A stretch of DNA of 56,005 bases from a virus (lineage: Duplodnaviria; Caudoviricetes). Location: IMG/VR virus record IMGVR_UViG_3300027971_000061, positions 1 through 56,005 of that record; one strand, 5' to 3'. Position numbers and translations under genes: made by a program. The notes below the pieces were generated by a model. That model did no database searches and had not been told where the DNA came from. It saw only the letters and a list, made by a program, of their open reading frames with translations. Position 1 is the first letter of the stretch. Each line of letters starts with the position of its first letter. This document shows, piece by piece, positions 52,372-56,005 of this stretch.

Positions 52372-52575
52372 ATGAAATTGCAGGAGTACTTTTCTACGGA
52401 GCCGTTGGGCGCAAGAGGTGAGATGGCAGAGTATCTGGGCATCAGCTTGACATGGATGTCTCTGCTCATTCACGAGCGCAGAACTGCGTCTGCCGCGTTA
52501 GCGGTTAAGATTGAAAAAGCAACGCAAGGTCTGGTCACAAGAAAAGACTTGCGTCCTGATTTGTTTTTCGTGTAA
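52372..52575 (+). CDS. Cro/YdaS-like HTH transcriptional regulator
   Basis: AAGGA RBS; MAEYLGISLTWMSLL HTH and IEKATQGLVTRKDLRPD tail. Confidence 0.88.
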   Translation: MKLQEYFSTEPLGARGEMAEYLGISLTWMSLLIHERRTASAALAVKIEKATQGLVTRKDLRPDLFFV

Positions 52576-52580
52576 AGTTT

Positions 52581-52647
52581 GAAGCACGGCTAGGTAGGGC
52601 TTGATCACCCTGCCGAAAAGCGTTCCATCCCCGCCTGCCGCTGTTTC
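52581..52647 (+). ncRNA. Candidate three-way-junction RNA in the leader of the replication initiator
   Basis: Outer stem GAAGCACGGC/GCCGCTGTTTC, inner stems GGTAGGG/CCCTGCC and GCG/CGC, GAAAA linker. Confidence 0.5.
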
Positions 52648-52673
52648 TTTTGGGATGTGTAATTGGGATCGGT

Positions 52674-53447
52674 ATGCACTACTATCAATTTAACATTGGC
52701 GACTACGCCAGTCACACTCGCCACCTCGATTTATACGAGGACTTGGCTTATCGTCGCTTGCTCGACATGTACTACCTTCACGAACGCCCGTTGAACGTCG
52801 ATTCAGCGGTCGTTGCCAAGCAGATTGGTATGCGAGAGAAGGTTCAGGTTGTCCAAGACGTGCTTAATGAGTTCTTTCAGCTTGGCGAAGAGGGTTGGGT
52901 CAATGACCGTGCGGACAAAGAAATTAAGCATTTTCACTCCAAAATTCAGCAAGCATCACGCGCTGGTAAAGCATCCGCTGAACGTCGGAGTAGCGCCCGT
53001 TCAACGGACGTTCAACCAACCAATAAACAAGAAACAATAAACAAGAACCAATTTACAGTATCTAAAGATACTGTTAGTCCGCCAGCAGGCGAACCTGACG
53101 AAAAACAGAATTTAAAAATATTAGGTTGTGACCACAAAGGTGTTTTGTCTCTGTACCACACCACCTTGCCAAACCTACCCCACATCGAGATCTGGAACGA
53201 CACTCGTGCTGGCTACCTAAGACAAAGGTGGAGGGAGGTTGCGATTGACCTGTCAAAGAATGGAGTAGTCACCCACGCTGACATGTTGGCTTGGTGGAAG
53301 CAGTTCTTTGAGCACATTCGCAGTTCAAAGTTCTTGACTGGCAAAACCCAATCAAAGGACAAACCACCGTTCTTGGCTGACCTTGAATGGATCATCAAGC
53401 CAACGAACTTCGCAAAAATCATTGAAGGCAAATACCACAGGGACTAA
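52674..53447 (+). CDS. Replication initiator-like protein (YdaU/DUF1376 N-terminus)
   Basis: MHYYQFNIGDY...AYRRLLDMYY...AGKASAERR and C-terminal ADLEWIIKPTNFAKIIEGKY. Confidence 0.85.
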   Translation: MHYYQFNIGDYASHTRHLDLYEDLAYRRLLDMYYLHERPLNVDSAVVAKQIGMREKVQVVQDVLNEFFQLGEEGWVNDRADKEIKHFHSKIQQASRAGKASAERRSSARSTDVQPTNKQETINKNQFTVSKDTVSPPAGEPDEKQNLKILGCDHKGVLSLYHTTLPNLPHIEIWNDTRAGYLRQRWREVAIDLSKNGVVTHADMLAWWKQFFEHIRSSKFLTGKTQSKDKPPFLADLEWIIKPTNFAKIIEGKYHRD

Positions 53448-53449
53448 TC

Positions 53450-53866
53450 ATGGCACTGAACAACTTTACAAAATTCAACAAAACCGAAGCTGTCGATGAC
53501 AGCCCTAACACCCTTGAATGCTACGCCAATGGTTGCCCCATGGCTGGTGGGATCTCAACTGGAGGACGATGGGTCTGTGCCTACCACCATCAAGCTTTTT
53601 CGGATGAGTGGCCTCGCGTCACAGAAGCCTTGCGGGACGCAGAAGCGATTCGTCTTGCAATCACTGAAGTCATGAAGATCGACATGATCTCTTGGGGCGC
53701 CAACACAGGGGGCTACCCACCAAAGTGGCAAGAGTTTGCCGCCCTGTTCGACAACTACCCTGAGCTTCAACCAAACGAGCATGAGAAGATCCGCAAAACA
53801 AAGTACGAGTACCGCCTGCGCAATGAGCTGGCTATTCGTGCAGGCTTAGCCAAGAGGAAGGCATGA
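53450..53866 (+). CDS. Hypothetical protein (Cys/His cluster), possible replication accessory
   Basis: CYANGCP...WVCAYH; directly after the initiator. Confidence 0.7.
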   Translation: MALNNFTKFNKTEAVDDSPNTLECYANGCPMAGGISTGGRWVCAYHHQAFSDEWPRVTEALRDAEAIRLAITEVMKIDMISWGANTGGYPPKWQEFAALFDNYPELQPNEHEKIRKTKYEYRLRNELAIRAGLAKRKA

Positions 53867-54081
53867 CAAAAAGTGACGCTCAAAAAATCCTTGACGAGAT
53901 CCGCGGTGGGTTTGGTCATGCCTACACCGAGACTTGCACCCTCGAATGTCTCAATCTCACAGGAGACCTTGGAGCACATGAGACAGTGCGAAGCTCGGGA
54001 GTGGATGAGTCGGTACGAGAAGAAGGCTATCGAGCGAGGCTCCGCCAGCGCGCAATCATGGTGGCAAGGAGTAAAGAATGA
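53863..54081 (+). CDS. Hypothetical protein
   Basis: GAGGA RBS; ATGA coupling at both ends. Confidence 0.65.
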   Translation: MTKSDAQKILDEIRGGFGHAYTETCTLECLNLTGDLGAHETVRSSGVDESVREEGYRARLRQRAIMVARSKE

Positions 54082-54506
54082 CATCGCAAAACGCAGAGGA
54101 CAAGCCGCTTGTGACGACCTCGTCCAAAGAATGCAAAACGAGCGTACTGCGCGTCGAGCTAGACTTCCCGCCCGCGGAGCTGTTCCCAAACCGAGCGAAG
54201 GGCACCCATTGGGGGAAACTGTACAAGATTCGATCCGACTACCGAGAGGCAAGCACGTGGTTGGCAAAGCACCAGATCAAGGGGTGGAAGCACCATGGTG
54301 GACTGATTAAGTTGACCATCATCTTTGACATGCCTGACAAGCGCAAGCGTGATGCGGACAACTGCCTAGCCGCGGCTAAGGGCGCCTTGGACGGTCTGGC
54401 TGACGCGCTGTTTGTGAATGACCAGCTCTTTCAACCGATCCTAATTTTTAGGGTTGAGGGCAAGAAGCCGGGGCGTCTAATCATCGAAATTAAGGAACAA
54501 GCATGA
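54078..54506 (+). CDS. rusA: RusA-like Holliday junction resolvase
   Basis: RKRDADNCLAAAKGALDGLADALFVND catalytic pattern. Confidence 0.8.
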   Translation: MTSQNAEDKPLVTTSSKECKTSVLRVELDFPPAELFPNRAKGTHWGKLYKIRSDYREASTWLAKHQIKGWKHHGGLIKLTIIFDMPDKRKRDADNCLAAAKGALDGLADALFVNDQLFQPILIFRVEGKKPGRLIIEIKEQA

Positions 54507-55141
54507 ACTTATGGCAAGACTTTAAGAGCGTCAAGGGCGGCACCTGTTACAAGTGGACGCACTACTTCCCCATCTACGAAAAACACTTTGCTCAGTGGCG
54601 TAATAAGACCTTGACCATCTTTGAGATTGGCGTATCTAACGGCGGGTCTGTTGACCTGTGGAACCGTTACTTTGGGAACATGGCAACCATCGTTGGGATT
54701 GACATCAACCCTTACTGCAAACAGTTTGAGCGAGACAACATCCACATCCGCATTGGTAGCCAAAACGATGCTGGGTTTTTGGACTCATTGCTAAAGGAGT
54801 TTGGCAAGCCTGATATTGTTATTGACGATGGTAGTCACCTTATGTCCGATGTGATTCACACTTTTAATTTTATGTACCCCCACGTCAGCAAGAACGGGAT
54901 CTACTTGGTCGAAGACTTGCACACAGCGTACTGGCAGGAATACGGTGGTGGGTTAGACAAAAAAGACACGTTCATCAACTACAGCAAGAACTTCATTGAC
55001 TCGCTCAATGCAGACCATAGTCGTGGGGCTGTTACCCCCGACTTCATAACCAACAGCACGTTAGGCATTTCCTACTACGACAGCATTGTTGTTTTTGAAA
55101 AAGGAAAGCCTCACATGAAAGTCCCAGTTTTTAGTGGCTAA
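54503..55141 (+). CDS. Class I SAM-dependent O-methyltransferase (MycE/TylE-like)
   Basis: FEIGVSNGGS, VGIDI, GSQND, DIVIDDGSH and GIYLVEDL. Confidence 0.85.
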   Translation: MNLWQDFKSVKGGTCYKWTHYFPIYEKHFAQWRNKTLTIFEIGVSNGGSVDLWNRYFGNMATIVGIDINPYCKQFERDNIHIRIGSQNDAGFLDSLLKEFGKPDIVIDDGSHLMSDVIHTFNFMYPHVSKNGIYLVEDLHTAYWQEYGGGLDKKDTFINYSKNFIDSLNADHSRGAVTPDFITNSTLGISYYDSIVVFEKGKPHMKVPVFSG

Positions 55142-55150
55142 GGAGAAAAC

Positions 55151-55501
55151 ATGACCAAGCTTATTGACCCAAACGAAGCCGTAGATTTTATGATCACCAA
55201 CTCAGCCAAATACGCAGAGGCAGAGGCAACAAAGGTGTACATGGAGGAGCTGAGGAAGACCATCAAGGCTGAAGAAATGAAAAACGCTGAGGTGCATGGA
55301 AATGGCGAGTACAAGACCGCCGCCATGCAGGAACGCGAAGCCTACGCCTCCCCACGCTACAAAGAGCATTTGCAAGCCCTTAGACAAGCCGTAGAGGAGC
55401 GCGAGCGCCTCAGATGGCTCCTCATAGCCTGTCAGGAAAGAATCGCCGTATGGCGCTCTATGGAGGCTTCCAACCGCCACGTTGAGAAGGCTACCCTGTG
55501 A
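55151..55501 (+). CDS. Conserved helical phage protein
   Basis: AAGGAG RBS; QEREAYAS..Y and WRSMEASNR segments. Confidence 0.75.
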   Translation: MTKLIDPNEAVDFMITNSAKYAEAEATKVYMEELRKTIKAEEMKNAEVHGNGEYKTAAMQEREAYASPRYKEHLQALRQAVEERERLRWLLIACQERIAVWRSMEASNRHVEKATL

Positions 55502-55770
55502 ACAACTCCCTTACCGCCAAAGAAAAAGCTTACGTAGGGCTGGTCAAGGAGCTTCCCTGCTCTGTGTGTGATGCAGAGGCTCCTAGCGACGCCCACCACG
55601 TCAAACAGCACAGGCAGTACACCGTTATAGCTCTGTGCAAGTCCTGCCACCAAGGGAGCAAGATGGGTTGGCACGGGGAGCGTAGGGCGTGGGCGATAGC
55701 CAAGATGGAGGAGATTGATGCCCTGAACGTCACCATCGAGAGGGTCGTCGCCCAGCTAATGCAAAAATAA
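55498..55770 (+). CDS. HNH-like Zn-binding nuclease (DUF968/Ref-like)
   Basis: LPCSVC...DAHH...IALCKSCH...GWHG. Confidence 0.75.
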   Translation: MNNSLTAKEKAYVGLVKELPCSVCDAEAPSDAHHVKQHRQYTVIALCKSCHQGSKMGWHGERRAWAIAKMEEIDALNVTIERVVAQLMQK

Positions 55771-55810
55771 TGTTGTATTTTCACAAAAATATGCAAAATA
55801 AATGCAAAAC

Positions 55811-55892
55811 TTAGGGTTTATCCTACTAGGACTCTTTAACTTTAAGTTAAGATGGAGGGACTGCATAAGCAGTGTTACTAGGAAAATTTACT
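55811..55892 (+). promoter_or_regulatory. Repeated early promoter/operator cassette, copy C
   Basis: TTAGGGTTTATCCTA at 55811-55825, TTAAC-TTTAA-GTTAA at 55836-55850 followed by GATG, hairpin ACTGC-ATAA-GCAGT, then GTTAC. Confidence 0.75.
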
Positions 55893-56005
55893 ATGTTCAC
55901 AATTAACGACGGCGGCAGACAAGCCGCAGGCTTCAAGGGCACCACAGGCGACTGTGTGGCTCGTTCAATAGCAATCGCTTCAGGCTTACCTTACTCAGAG
56001 GTTTA
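55893..56005 (+). CDS. Conserved phage hypothetical protein, N-terminal part (3'-partial; continues at 1..309)
   Basis: MFTINDGGRQAAGFKGTTGDCVARSIAIASGLPYSEV runs off the end of the window. Confidence 0.8.
   Translation, partial: MFTINDGGRQAAGFKGTTGDCVARSIAIASGLPYSEV

Overview
The window looks like a nearly complete, circularly permuted ~56 kb tailed dsDNA phage genome with podovirus-like virion genes and a lambdoid-style early region. One gene is split between the two ends. On the + strand, 1-6.2 kb holds early/accessory genes, including a three-gene DNA-modification operon (C5 cytosine methyltransferase, asparagine-synthetase-like amide ligase, CmoA-like protein). From 6.2 to 48.4 kb come the terminases, two large polyvalent internal proteins, portal, GroES-like chaperone, scaffold, major capsid, tail fibre and Gly-rich proteins, a lysis cassette, tail and ejection proteins and a lytic transglycosylase. 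The - strand block at 48.4-52.2 kb carries recombination and small genes. The + strand block at 52.4-56 kb has a Cro-like regulator, replication initiator, RusA-like resolvase, O-methyltransferase and HNH-like nuclease. I saw no integrase, CI repressor, DNA polymerase, tRNA or CRISPR array. The best candidate system is the modification operon. Its methyltransferase has Arg instead of the conserved motif X Asn (GRAV vs GNAV) and sits next to a carboxy-SAM-synthase homologue and an amide ligase, which predicts cytosine carboxymethylation followed by amidation. It also carries an overprinted +1-frame gene ending in a beta-clamp-like motif. Other notable signals are a repeated promoter/operator/hairpin cassette, a shared xxxGG motif in internal virion proteins, a scaffold-tail mimic in an early gene and apparent avoidance of GCWGC/CCWGG. 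All protein calls come from motif recognition by eye, without database searches.
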